A stretch of DNA of 64,000 bases, from contig NC_085842.1 of the NCBI RefSeq assembly GCF_035594765.1, positions 87,582,782 to 87,646,781 on the forward strand, given 5' to 3'. This DNA is from Anolis carolinensis. Lineage: Eukaryota. Below, piece by piece: positions 50,368 to 63,173 of the stretch. The position numbers and the translations under genes were made by a program. Positions within the stretch are counted from its first letter, which is position 1, and every line of letters starts with the position of its first letter. The notes under the pieces are model-generated. The model had not been told where the DNA came from. It worked only from the letters and a program-made list of their open reading frames with translations, and searched no databases.

Positions 50368-52860
50368 CACTGACTTTACTGACTGAGGCTTCTGGGTGAT
50401 GGAAGTCCAAAATGCGAGGAAGCTGACCCAAGTTGAGAAAGCCAGCTCCCCGACAAGTCCAGTTGCCTTTTCTACAAGCAGGTAAGCAGGGATGGACCTG
50501 CGACAGGCAGCATACACCGGCACAATTGGGGGAGCAGCTACATTTCAGATTAATGCAGTTTACTACTTTAACACTATGGAATTATGGCATCTGTAGTTTG
50601 ATGAGCCACCAGCACTCTTTGGCAGCGAAGACGAAAGACCTTGTAAAATCACAACTCCTATGATTCCAAAGCATCCAGCTCTGGCAGTTCAAGTAACATC
50701 AGTGCCATTCATTCTACAGTGTAGATGCATTCTTAGATAATTAGAACTGTCACAATCCCATCCCAGCTTGGAGCTCTAGGCCAAAAACACGAGGAAAACC
50801 AAAATTCTCTTTCCCTAATGAGCTACTTTATCCATTTGTGGGAAGCAGGGACTGCAATTAGAAAGCATACTGGAGAGAATTGAGTGGTAAGAAGTTGGAG
50901 GAAGCTGGTATTAAGAGTGGATTTGGCATTAGTTAGGTGATTTTCTACACACTTCCTAGGATCCAGAGAGGCCTTCCTTACACTACACTATCTTACTTTT
51001 CATGGGGGAAATTAGGATCTTGCTGGAGGGAATTTATAGAAGCATATGTATTTCGTCTGTTTTCTGGTCTTGAGCTCTGGAGCCATCTCGAGAAATTTTC
51101 TGTTCTGTTAGGTCTCTCTTAAATGGCTACTCACCAGTGACTATATTCCATTCTGAGAATTAGTTTAGCATTTGATAAAGGTTAAAAAGAAGCACCTGCT
51201 AATTTTATGGGCAAAATGCAAATAGTTCATGTGCCACTGTGAGATAAGCCGCTTGAGAGAAACAAGAGAGGAACAGGTGCAGAGCCTGGCATGAATGTGC
51301 TAGCAGGATTAGCCACTCCTTTCTGTGGTATGAAAGGTGCCCTGTTTGACATGTTGCTACCAGCATTGTATAGACTAGCCTGCCAACTCCACTATATTCA
51401 GTATCTTTTACAACAGAGAAGTTGACTCTTTATCTTAAGAATTACCCTATTCATTATTATAATCAAAGCTCTGGGGATCCTTTTCCAACAGTAAAATTTG
51501 AACAGCTAACTCACTGATTGGGCTATTATAGGGAAATCAACTGCTGAATCTTTTTGTGCATTAAAATGTGATAGCCAGACTGGTTTTTTTTAATCAAGTT
51601 GCTTAAATACATTTTAAACAATGAGTTCTATGTCACAGGGCTGTGGAATTCTATTTTCCTTTTATTTCCCAACTAATCAGGTGAGTGCTGGTAAACATAA
51701 TGCTGTACTAGTCCTGTATTTGCTAATTTTGTTTAGAAGACGTTGGGGCAGGGAAAATGAAGACTTTAACTTTGGTTCTCACTGTGATCTTGGAGGAGTC
51801 AGGCTTCGACCTTAGCCACGATTCTGATTTTAGAATGTACTAAAGAGAAAGCTAACCCTTCAACTTGTACACCTAGAAAGCTCGTTCTCTGCACTTTTGA
51901 GTCCCAGATTTCAGAAAAAGGTGGGTGATAAATAAACCAAAACAACTGGGAATGTACGTATCCTAGCCATCCTCCCCTGACTCTTATGTGACCCGCCCAA
52001 AGGATATTCCAGCCACGTTTGAAGACTTGTATTAAAATAAAAAAGTTCCCCAGGAAAAGTGTGTTCTGATCATCAGACTGTTTAATATGAAAGGTCTCAG
52101 AGCAAATTGTGTTAGATCATTCTCATCCGAAAATTAAAACAAAATACCATATCAAGATCATTTTTCCATTTTATTTCACATGTTCTCTCGTCTGGCAAAC
52201 ACAAAGAGCTATGTGGTTATGACAAAGTATAATCCTGTCACCAGAATGATGTATTACAGATGCTCCAGGAGATGAGGCATCTGATTTCAAGTAGTGGCGC
52301 ACACACCACAGTGACTGGAAAAAAATCAAGCTCCTGCCCTTTCAAACCAATACAGTGGAAACGTACTTTCCATCACCAAAGGGGGGGAATGTGATCACCA
52401 CTAGTTATTTTGGGGAAGCTTAATCTCACTTCCAACAATGCTTTAAAAAGTTCAACAACCAAGTGGGTTTATGTGCCATACCAAACAAACTGTCCCCAGC
52501 AAGGCTATGGGAAGACTGTCCTGTTGTTGGAAGCATCAGCAGATTCTAGTTGGCAAGTAGTCATGCCCCATGGAAGAAGGATACTTACCATTTGTAAGCT
52601 CCAACCAATTTTATTTGCTTTTTTGTCTTTAAAAGGGTTGATAGCTCTGAAGAGCATTCAAAAGAGAGGAAAAAAACCAAGGCTCCCAAGTAGGATCGTA
52701 CCCTACATTCTGGATTGTTTGCAACAGGTTGCCTGGTTAATATATCCAGGACAAAAAAGATATGAAAATATTCCATATATTTCTCTGAAAGCCTTTTAGA
52801 AACCAGTCTATACAATTCTCCCTCCCCCCAACCCTGTAAAAAACTTGGCCCACTCCCTTG

Positions 52861-55800
52861 CTAGTAAAATCGCTTGTTCCGCTCCTGGCGTTTCTGGAAG
52901 ACCACAGCGCCCACCACGGCACACACAATGATGCCAAGCAATGAGCACAGCAGCAGCAGGAACACCTTCCAGCCTGTCAGGGGCCCACTACGGAAGTTTC
53001 CTGTTGGATCATCCACATTGTCTAGAGAAATAGAAAAGCATTAGAAAGTAAGAGTGCACACACCACATAGTCATGCTATATAAAGAAAAAATCAACAAAG
53101 ATTAGCAAAGCTGAACCACAGAGGAGTTTTCAGTTGGCAGTATAGGATTACATCCAACATATCAATGATAGTCATTTTGCACACACATTCTGAGATAGGC
53201 CCACTTGGGTTAATACGAAATTCAGCGGGTTTTACTTACTGGATTACACACACACAGTATTGCTCTTATAATTTCAAAATCCTACAAAGTACACTCCGGA
53301 GGAGGACAAGTGTCTTGTTTCAACCAAAGAAACAAGTATTGCTTAGTGAACATGCATACTTTCACAGCAGTCACACTAGCAACTCACCTTTGGGTGATTT
53401 CAGAAGGCTCACACTAGGCTCAATCTTTGTCCAATCAATGTTTTCTTCCTCTGGTGTATGCTCCACCATCAGCTGGAATAACTTCATTGAGATGATATCA
53501 TGGTTGTCTGAGAAATAGAATCAAGATGTCATAGCAGCCAAATATCTTTCTCTACACGTTTCTAAACAAAAACAGCATTATCAATTCAGGAACTAACATT
53601 CCACTAGTACTAAAGTAAGGGGAATTAAACAGGAACACTCAATGGCTTTGTTATCAAGACCTGCATTTCCGGGCAGCACAGTCAATTCCAACTCAGAGGA
53701 AAACGCTTCTCACCAGATAGATCTCCAGTACCAGCAGAAGCCCCAAAGAAGTAACCTGTGGGTAATCGAACTCCTGCAACATCAAAGCAGTTTTTCCATT
53801 CATTTTTATCCTCTACATCAGTCATCACCTGTAAAATAAGTTTAGATATTAAGGAGTTTTTAGCATTCAACTCCCAGCCGTCTGGAATCTAAAAGCAGTT
53901 TCATTCCTGAGAAAAATGAAACTGGCTAAACCATAATAAAGTGCCTGGATCTTTACTGCTACGTTTTGCATTTCAGTGATGACAGGAAACTAGTGGTGAC
54001 TCTGGCCTTTAATTCCAGATAACTATGGAACAGTCATGCATCAGGAGATGGCTCTACATGGACACTGGGACCGATGCGAGGTGGTGAATGCCAGATCTAC
54101 CCCAGGATGGTTTTTACCACCAGCCTCTTGGCCACTGTGGAGGCAGGAGGGAGTTCTGACTGTCCAGCAGCAGCGAAGCAAAACCCTTCCCTTGACAACC
54201 CATGAGCAAGTTATTCAATGCAGTGCCACAGATGAACTTACTGTGAGACGCCCCCGAGAATAGCGGATGGCCAAAAATGTGTCATGGTTCTGGTTACGAA
54301 TGTCAGCTGTGCAGCCTGCCAGTTCTGTCCAGCGTCCGTCCTTGCCATGGTCGTAGTTCAAGGATCCATTATTTACCATGGCAGAGATATAGGGAAATAC
54401 ACGCTGCAGAATTAAAATATTTGGAATCGAAATCTTGCACATAGTGCTTATCCTGAATATTTTTACCAGCTCCCAAAATTGCACACTATGTGCAGTATCA
54501 CTCCTTTTACATCAGGGGTTCACAAACTAAGTTCTGTGGGTCAGATGCAGCCCTCTAAGGCCATTTACCCGCATCCTGCCCTAAGTCTGAAACGACTTGA
54601 AGACACACAAGAACAACAATCCTAATTAACTTGACTATCTCATCAGCCAAAAGCAGGCACACTTCTCACTGAAATACTAGTAAGTTTATGTTGGTTAAAC
54701 ATTTTCATTTTAAATACTGTATTGTTTCTGCACTACAAATGCAGTGTTTGTAGGAATTCGTTACTGTTTTTTCAAACTAGAATCCATCCATCCAACAGTC
54801 TGAAGGACCGTAAACTAGCCCTTTGTCTAAAAGGTTTGAGGGTCATTCTAGATCATTCTAAACTCCAGATATATCTTGGCAGTGGAAATAGCCTCCAAAG
54901 CATACACTAGTTACCACTGACCTCAGTAGCTTCATCATTTGGATAAGTGTCCAAGAAAATAGCCAATCCATGAAAGTTATCTTTGCTGCCAAAGACAGGG
55001 CCTGTGGAAAGCAAAGCACGCCAGAATGAATAGGGAAATCAGTTTTGATCAACTAAATCTATGTACCCAGCAAGCAAAGCACTGAAGACGAATCTAAACA
55101 TGATTGCTGATATAAAAAGTGAAAGCAAGATCAGCCATTCGGAAGCACTTGAAAGTTGACAGACAGCATTCCACAAAAGGAATTTTATTATTTTCAAATA
55201 TTCTCCTCAAAGGATATTAAAGGTATAGAAGAAACTACTCCACTTCAAAGACCTAAGACATTGGAGATTGGTATGTATATAACCTCCTAAAGTACCTGCT
55301 GTAAGGCGCTCTCGAGTGTACCACAAGGCAAAGCCATCCCCATGCAGATTCTTTTTTCCTGCTCCGTGGATCTTGAACTGAACATGAAGCTCCCAATCTT
55401 TTAAGAAACAGGGCTAGAAAAGAGAATATAGCAGCACAGAACACCTTTGAATACACTTCCTAAATTCACATAGAGATAATGAACACACACACTGGGTAAC
55501 TGTGGGCGACACTGCGGTTATTTGCATCCCAACACTCCTTTCAATGAAGAAAGGACACTCACCACTCGGTTCCAGATGGAACCCTCTTTGCTGCGCTCAT
55601 CAGGGGTCAGTCGAACGTATTGACTGGTCAGCATTGTGCTCCCTTGAAAATCCCAGAGGGGCATTGAACTGGAGCCAACCCCTACAACACAGGATGCAGA
55701 ATGAAGTAGCTTTATTATGGAAAAGCTTGATTTTGTTACTTAGATATATAGCTTTGATTTACAAACCACAGCATAGAAAGTGAAGCTGCATATTTAAACT

Positions 55801-57479
55801 AGGACAAAACAAACTGCATCAAAAAATAAAAATGGCAGAGGCTGTTGTTTTGTTCTACATCAATCTGTACTGTGATGAATTTGGAGTTAACCAGTAGCAC
55901 TCATAGAGACATTTCTGGTGGGAAATGACTCAATGGTTAAAGTACCATATATACAGTTGGCTCTCCAAAAGGAGGGTGACAAAAATGATCAAGGGTCTGG
56001 AGAACAAGCCCTATGAGGAGCTGGGCATGTTTAGCCTGCAGAAGAGAAGGCTGAGAGAAGACATGATGAGGGACATGTTGGGGGTGCTTTGAATGCAATT
56101 TTCCTGCTTCTTGGCAGGGGGTTGGACTGGATGGCCCATGAGGTCTCTTCCAACTGTATGATTCTTCGTATCCACAGATTCAATCATCTACTGCTTGAAA
56201 ATTCCCCCCGCCCTCCAAAAAGCAAACTTAAAATTACCATTTTGTATAAGGGACATTTTACTGCACCATTGATTTCAGCACCCACAGATTTAGTATCCAT
56301 GAGGATCCTGAAACCAAACCCCAGCAGATTTGAAGGGTCTACGGTACCAAGTATCTGGAGGCCCATCTGCACTGGAATTAATGCAGTCTGAACCCACTTT
56401 AACTGATATGGCTCAGTGCTGTGAAATCCTAGAATGTCTATTTATTTATTTACAGTATTTATACACCACCCTTCTCACCCTGAGGGGACTCAGAGTGGCT
56501 TACAGAGCACACATATGGCAAAGATTCAATGTTGATTATACATTTAACAAGGACAGACAACACAAACAGAGGTAAAGGCAGTTTTTCCCCATCTTATTTC
56601 CAGCATCTTGGAGGCTGTGCTTGGTGTGTGGAGCGGGTGGTGTTGTTGCTCTATCTTCCATGCCAAGGAGCTTTCCTTTGATCAATGTCCTTAAGGGCAC
56701 TGTTATTACCTCCCTGCTAAAAGTGGTACCTATTTATCTACTAGCATTTCTGCTTTCGACCTACTAGGTGGGCAAGTGAGCTGGGGCTGACTGCAGGTGC
56801 TCATCAGCTCGAACTGCCGACCTTTTGGTCGGCAGGGTTTTTCTGCATCACAGTGGTTTAGCTCACTGTGCTAGGCCCAGAAGTTGATGAGATAATTTGG
56901 TGAGATAGCATTCTCTGGCAGAGAAGCTAAAGGCCTTGCAAAACTACAGCCCCCATGATTCCATGGCAACTAAAGTGCATTAATTCCACAGTGTAAATGA
57001 ACCCTGGGTTTTCCCTGTGAATCCAGTAAGAGCGGCTTCTACTGCAAGGCAGGATCTCCTCTCAAATATGGAATTATGGTAGAGCAGGCCTAGGCAAACT
57101 TGGGTCCGCTGAGGGGGGAAAGGAAGGGGCCTGAGACTGTTAGGAATGGTGAGAGTTGAAGTCCAAAACACCTGGAAGACCCAAGTTTGCCCATGCTGAG
57201 GCAAAAGGTTTGTCTTGAGTACAGGCAAATTTCCTGAATTTTATTCCCTAAGCTCCGAAGAAGGAAAGGGCCCCGCGACCCACCCTGGTAAGGCTTGATG
57301 AGGGAGTGCTCCCGCTTGAGGTGCTCGTTGTTGCCGTCCGTGAGCTCCGCAGCCCCTCTTGGCGGCGCCGTCAGGGCCAGGAGCAGCGCGGGGAGGACGA
57401 GCAGCGTGGGCGCCCGCGCCATCCCGGCCCACCGCGCCGATCCCCCACGGCCGCCGCCACCTCCCGGGTCTGCTACCAT
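52861..57479 (-). CDS. LMAN2: VIP36 L-type lectin (lectin, mannose-binding 2), 356 aa; CDS exons 57479-57284, 55681-55563, 55413-55296, 55001-54922, 54403-54242, 53828-53714, 53507-53388, 53021-52861
   Basis: TDGNNEHLKREHSLIKPYQGVGSSSMPLWDFQGST, LHGDGFALWY, FLDTYPNDE, GYFFGASAGTGDLSDNHD, TM, C-terminal RNKRFY. Eight GT-AG exons give 1071 nt in frame. Confidence 0.96.
54513..54848. mobile_element. hAT (Charlie-like) MITE
   Basis: CAGGGGTTCACAAACT..AGGTTTGAGGGTC degenerate TIRs. Confidence 0.6.
55972..56165 (+). mobile_element. Internally deleted CR1 3' fragment
   Basis: Matches 445-550 and 780-872. Confidence 0.8.
57086..57198. mobile_element. hAT MITE (partial) in LMAN2 intron 1
   Basis: One arm of the CAGGCATGGGCAAACTT family plus a degenerate left TIR. 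Confidence 0.7.
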
Positions 57480-57810
57480 CCTACGCCCCCTTGTCCCGCT
57501 TCTTCCTGCTTCCGGTCGGCCTCCCCAGACCGGAAGCACACGTCTGGGAAAAGCCAAGTCTGGGCCGGAAGCCGCTCTGTTTTCTAACCGGTCTCTATGG
57601 CCGAAACCCAGCCCTGACGGCTGAGGGAGATTGGAGGAAAACGTCACAATGGCCGGCGCTCCCTGCTGTCCCTGGGAGGCGGAGGGTTAAAGGAGCGCCA
57701 CGTGTCTCCACCTGAGTGGAGGGAGGGAGGGAGGGAGGGGCAGGGGAAGGAGCCCGCTCTCAGTTGCCTCCCCGCCATTACATGAATGACGAAGGGTGGG
57801 GCGGAGTAGA
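57270..57810 (-). promoter_or_regulatory. CpG island / promoter of LMAN2
   Basis: CpG-dense; repeated CCGGAAG, CACGTG/ACGTGGC at 57697-57704, GC boxes. Confidence 0.7.
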
Positions 57811-57833
57811 AAGCCGCTTTGAGTCTGGCATTG

Positions 57834-58386
57834 GGGCCCCTTCCACACAGCTGAATACAATCTCACGTTATCTGCTTTGAACTGGGATATATGGCAGTGT
57901 GGACTCGAGGCCTCTCCACACAGTCCTATATATCAAGGCAGAAAATCCCACATTATCTGAATGTGGACTCAGGTAACCCAGTTCAAAGCAGATATTGTGG
58001 GATTTTCTGCCTTGATGTGCTGGGATATGCTGGTGGCACAGTGTGCTAAAGCGCAGAGCTGCTGAACTTGAGGACCAAAAGGTCCCAGGTTCAAATCCCG
58101 GGAGTGGAATTGGGCGCCCGCTGTTAGCCCCAGCTCCTGCCAACCTAGCAGTCTGAAAACATGCAAATGTGAGTAGATCAATAGGTACCGCTCGGCAGGA
58201 AGGTAAGGGCGCTCCATGCAGTCATGCCGGCCACATGACCTTGGAGGTGTCTACGGACAACGCCGGCTCTTCGGCTTAGAAATGGAGATGAGCACCAACC
58301 CCCAGAGTCGGACACGACTGGACTTAACGTCAGGGGAAACCTTTACCTTTACTTATGCTGGGATAAAAGGCTGTGTGGAAGGGTCC
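57834..58386. mobile_element. Harbinger-like MITE interrupted by a Sauria SINE (58030-58352, + strand)
   Basis: TIR GGGCCC(C)TTCCACACAG; SINE with ACCTTT tail and approximate TSD T(G/A)TGCTGGGATA. Confidence 0.8.
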
Positions 58387-60725
58387 TGAACCTCATGTAT
58401 GATACCTTTTGCTCAACCCTGGGTGTGATGCATATCCACTTCCTTAACTTTGGGCGTCATGAAGGAAACGTAGTTTTAAAAGGGAATTTTCAGGGATGTT
58501 TCCAACAACTATACATCCTGATTTACTGCCATTTGACCTAATCTGCAAAGGCTCTTGTAAGGCCCATTGTAACAAAATGCCTAGTTATAATATAGATTTT
58601 AAATATGTTTGTTGATGTTGGGATTTGACCTACCTTATAGGGCTGGCGTGTGAGTAGCCATTTTGTGGTTCTCAGGGAGCAGCAGCACCAGGAGAGGAAC
58701 TATTTTGCATAGGAGTGGTTGCCAAGATTTGAAAGTCAAGGATGACAGTTAAAGAAAAAAAGGAAAACCCAACTGAACATTCTAGGAGAGTTGAAGTTAT
58801 TAAGTGCGGGAGTTAGCTGGAGGGTCGTGACAGTTTGTTAGTAAGAGTCAGGGAGGACGTTAATGAAAGGTGGTTGGAGAAGTATTCAGAAGAATAAGTT
58901 AAAGATAATAAAAAAAATCTGTTTTTACGTAGTAATACAGCAGTCCTTTTTATGAAAAAGAAAAAGATTGGAGGAAAGCTGTACTGAAATGTTGTTTCTT
59001 AACTACTAAACATTTATACTTTTGTAACCATTACATTTTTGCCACAAGAACACTATAAATAAACTAAGTTACTGTTTCTCTTTAAATAAAAGACTCTTTC
59101 TCAATATCCTGAATATAATTCAAGAAGTCACAAAAGGTGTAAGAAGAATTAAACAGTCATGCTACCGAATGGCACTTGTTAGTGTGGTCTTAAATTATTC
59201 ATATCAATTGAGCAATGCTTCTACCCTTCATTAAAATATTAATATAGCTTCAGCTAAAAATTAACTTTGTTTAGGAAATACCCTTTTTCCTCTGCAACTG
59301 TGTCTGTAATTGATGTCTTCTTCCATGTCAGTTCCTTGTAAAAAATGTTAATTAGTTGCTTTGCTGCTTGAATGGGCCCTAATAGAAAACAAGACTAGTT
59401 AACAGACTTTTCAGAAAAATTGCAGCTATGAATGAAGGAAGGTAACTAGCCGTTTTCAAACACAGACATTTTCTAATTAAAAAGACAACATCCTTGAAAA
59501 CAAACAATAGCCACAGATCACGTGTTGTAGCTAGGTGGGCACACTTGGTTTGTGGTTAACATTGAATTTATGGAAAACGTTGGAGCACCCTCAGCTGGCA
59601 ATTTTTTTTTGAAACCTCTGTACAAACTGAGTTAACAAATTATGCCAATTAAAACAAGTTGACTTGCATAGAAGCAATCTTGGACATGGACCTCTTTCGA
59701 ATCTTGGTTAGTGTTGAAATCCAGTTGATCATACACATGATAAGAATGACCTGGATAACCCACGTTTTGATCAACCAACTCAGAAACTGACAACAATCCT
59801 TAGGCTACAGGCCATTTTATTGAACCAAGTATGCTCCACCTTAGAACAGGAATAGAAGAGTATATTAAGTTTTAGGAGGTGCAGTCTCTCTTCCTGATTT
59901 TTTTCCCCCACGGGTCCTCATGAGTAGAAAAGGTTTAGAAAGTGGAACTTCTGTTTTCTGGTCCTGAAAAGTGATCCATCTGAAGCTTTTCTGTCACTTG
60001 CAAGAGATTGTATGTGTATTTACATCCCATATTTTTAAAATTCTTGAATTTTCTGCAGCATTTTCAAAGCAGAGGGTAATGAGCACCAGATGAAATGACT
60101 TTCCTAGAGATTTTATTTGTAGGCTTCTTTCTTGTTGATTTTCTATTCCATTTAGGAATGAAGGAAATCCTACACAATTTAGCTTGAGATAACGTCTTCT
60201 GTTATTAGTTTAATATGCCATCAGTAAATTGTGAATTGAGTAAATGAAGGCTGTTACGACTGGAAATATTATAACTGCACCCTTGGAGCTGCTTTGAAAA
60301 TACAAATGCATCAAAAGCATACATATAAGCAGCAAACATCCTCTCTTAATATGTTGATAGATGAGATCATTATGTTAAGCTTGTTATAGAGTGAACTGCA
60401 TATCTACAGTAACAATATTAATTTTATGCTTGGAGTTCTTATTGTGATTTTTTAAAATTGCTTCATGTGTGGACTCTGTCACAGGGATGGCTGTTAGATA
60501 AATCCTGGAATTCTGGCTTGATTTTCCAGTTTAGGGTTTTTCTTAGACAAAATAAATCTTTTGATGTTGTTGATCAGGTCAGGTCTCTCATGGAAATGTT
60601 AGGGTAACGCCTTTTCTCACTTTGGATTTTTGGGTAATTTTGTGATTACACCTTTTGTTGTGCGCCTTTTGTATGCCTCCAGGAATTTGGTAGAGGAAAT
60701 TCAATTTCTGTGCTCACCAGCACTG

Positions 60726-62367
60726 TCATTTCTTCCGGCTTGTGATTTGGCTGCAAATCCAGTTCATCCCATCCTAGAAAAATCAGAGGCAAAGTCAGTG
60801 GTTTCTACTACCAGGTCCTACTTCCAGCATTGACTAGTGTCAGCTCTAACTAGCCATACATCCATATACTGATCTTAGTGATGTTCTATTGTTTTATTCT
60901 CTAGAACCTTTTTTATCTCTCCCAAGCTCTGTCCAAAAGGAAAAGTTTATTTCTGGATAACAGCTGCCCAACCTCCCCAGCCAAGCATGTTTATTGACAT
61001 GCGGGTTGGGGAATTCTGGCAACTGGAATCCAAACCATTTCCAACCTCTGATTCCCTTGATACCTGAACTCCTTCACCAGACAGGGCAGAGCAGGCTTGA
61101 ATTTGCCATGGTCGGTCTCGATAAGTGTGCAGGTTCAGCCCTTCAGCAATGTCCGCTGCGGAGGATGCTGTTGCTAGATCCTGCTTGTTAGCAAATACTA
61201 GTAAAGGAACACTAGTAAGATTCTCATCTTCCACCAGTTCTGACAATTCCTGTAACATAGAACACAATAGATTCTTAACAAGTTCATCTGAAAAACAGAA
61301 TCAGGATCCATTGCAAGTGGTTTGAGGTAATATTGTCGAGGCTTACAAATGCTTTCTTTGTTGTCACTGTTACCTATAATCAACCTCTGAAAATCTGATG
61401 ACAAACCTCCAGCTTCATAGCACAATTGCCACAGTTAAACTGGAGAGCCAATATAGTATAGTGGTTAAGGCAATGGGTTAGGACTTGAAAGAGCTGGGTT
61501 CTAATTCCCAAGGCGCCATACATTTACTGGGTGAGCATGGGGCAGTTGCTTTACCTCAGACTGACTCACTTCATAGGATTATTCTGAGGATGAGAGCTAA
61601 GTATCTTGCCTTGAGTTTTTTAGTTGAGACAGAAATGTAAATATGACAGTTTTAATATCAAATAAACCCCGAAGTGGGGAGTTGTGAGGTGAAGACATCA
61701 GGCAGGCTTTGGGCACCTGGTTCTAGTTTGAAACTGTTAATGACAATGATTTCAATTTTTCAGAGAATCCATTGCCAGATGTAGAGTGCAGTGCTGTCCA
61801 AACTGCTGAATGAACAGACTGCATGTGTTTGTTCTGTAGGGTGGGATTACGGTACAAAGGGGTGGGAGGTCTGTCCTACCTGCCCAGTCTCCTCAAAGCG
61901 TTTCTGGTCGGCACTGTCAATAACATAAATCTGTAAAAAAAATAGCAACAAAGAAAGAAGGCTTGTTACCAGCTGTAATACTATTAGAGCTAAAGCTCTT
62001 TTGGTTCTCTTTACATATAGTTCCTTAAAACATATCTGAGACAGACAATCAAATGCACCCATCCATCCATGTAGAAATAAAAGAAACTAAGTAACTGGAA
62101 AATTCAGTTTATAATGGTCGCCTTATGTCTACCATTAGATTACATTGCCTGATAATACTGTTGGTCGTCCTTTAGATTTTAATTTAGCCCACTTGTTCCT
62201 ACAGACAGGGTATTGCAGAAGGAATTTGGTCTGCTGGTCTCAATGCTCACCAGCATGTCTGTGCTGCCCAGATACTTCTTCCAATAGGTCCGGATGGCCC
62301 GTTGTCCTCCGATGTCCCACACATTAAGTTTGAACCCATGTGAGTGGACACTTTTAATGTTGAATCC
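60726..62367 (-). CDS. ARL3-like small GTPase, 3' part (5' exons not found in the window); exons 62367-62251, 61930-61880, 61249-61064, 60773-60726
   Basis: [19 protein letters not shown] (G3), [26 protein letters not shown] (G4), [18 protein letters not shown] (G5), [15 protein letters not shown]. Exon sizes 117/51/186/48. Too divergent from canonical ARL3 to assign that symbol. Confidence 0.9.
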
Positions 62368-62917
62368 CTGTGGATAGGAAGCAAAAAAAACTGCTAAGAA
62401 AGTAAATTGCTAGCCACTGCATAGTCAATTGCAGGCTGAATTTATGATGAGTTGTCATTTCTAATGTGGAGACCTTGTGAAGGAGAGAGGTGGAGCACAT
62501 ACGGATTATGCCATGTGTGGAGAACTTATATTTATTCATGTGTTTGGATTTCAATTGCCAGAATACCCTGCCAATATTTCCAGTGGTGTGAGAATGTGGG
62601 AATTTTAATATCACATTTTGAAGATCCTAACCCTCCCTTAGTCCACGGGAAAGCTTGAAATCTTATACGTAGGTACCAGCAGCATTTATGGAGGAAACAC
62701 CTTCTAACAAATGAGTAGTGAAATTTTCAGGTTATATGGCATTTCCATATCTATGGATGTATCTTCAATCAATGTCAGAGTCTTACTTTTAGTGTGAGAT
62801 CCTAAACACCTTTCTAATGATTTTCAGAAAGAAATCTGTAACAGCTACACTCATATCACATAAGAGCAATATAGAAGGGGATATGCATCATAATGTATAT
62901 TTGTGTAGAAATGCACC

Positions 62918-63173
62918 CCAAAGATGAAGTATTTTGGCCACATCATGAGAAGACAGGAAAGCTTGGAAAAGATCATGTTGCTGGGGAAAATGGAAGGAAA
63001 AAGGAAGAGAGGCCGACCAAGGGCAAGATGGATGGACGGCATCCTTGAAGTGACTGGCTTGACGTTGAAGGAACTGGGGGCGGCGACGGCCAACAGGGAC
63101 CTCTGGCGTGGACTGATCCATGAGGTCACGAAGAGTCGGAAACGACTGTGTGAATGAATGAAGAAGAAGAAGA
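62918..63173 (+). mobile_element. RTE/BovB-like LINE 3' end
   Basis: KYFGHIMRRQESLEK..LGKMEGKRKRGRPRARWMD..DLWRGLIHEVTKSRKRL followed by a (GAA)n tail. Confidence 0.85.

Noticed and set aside
57480-57647. N-terminal extension of LMAN2 in the ORF track
   Set aside because: It starts at a non-ATG codon in the GC-rich promoter; the ATG at 57479 has a strong Kozak context and gives the expected 356 aa.
58030-58110. tRNA-like A/B boxes
   Set aside because: These are SINE heads (also at ~1270, 19150, 26830, 28150, 45500), not full tRNA cloverleaves.
58555-59135. Possible solo LTR between LMAN2 and the ARL3-like gene
   Set aside because: TG start and AATAAA present, but no clear terminus or TSD.
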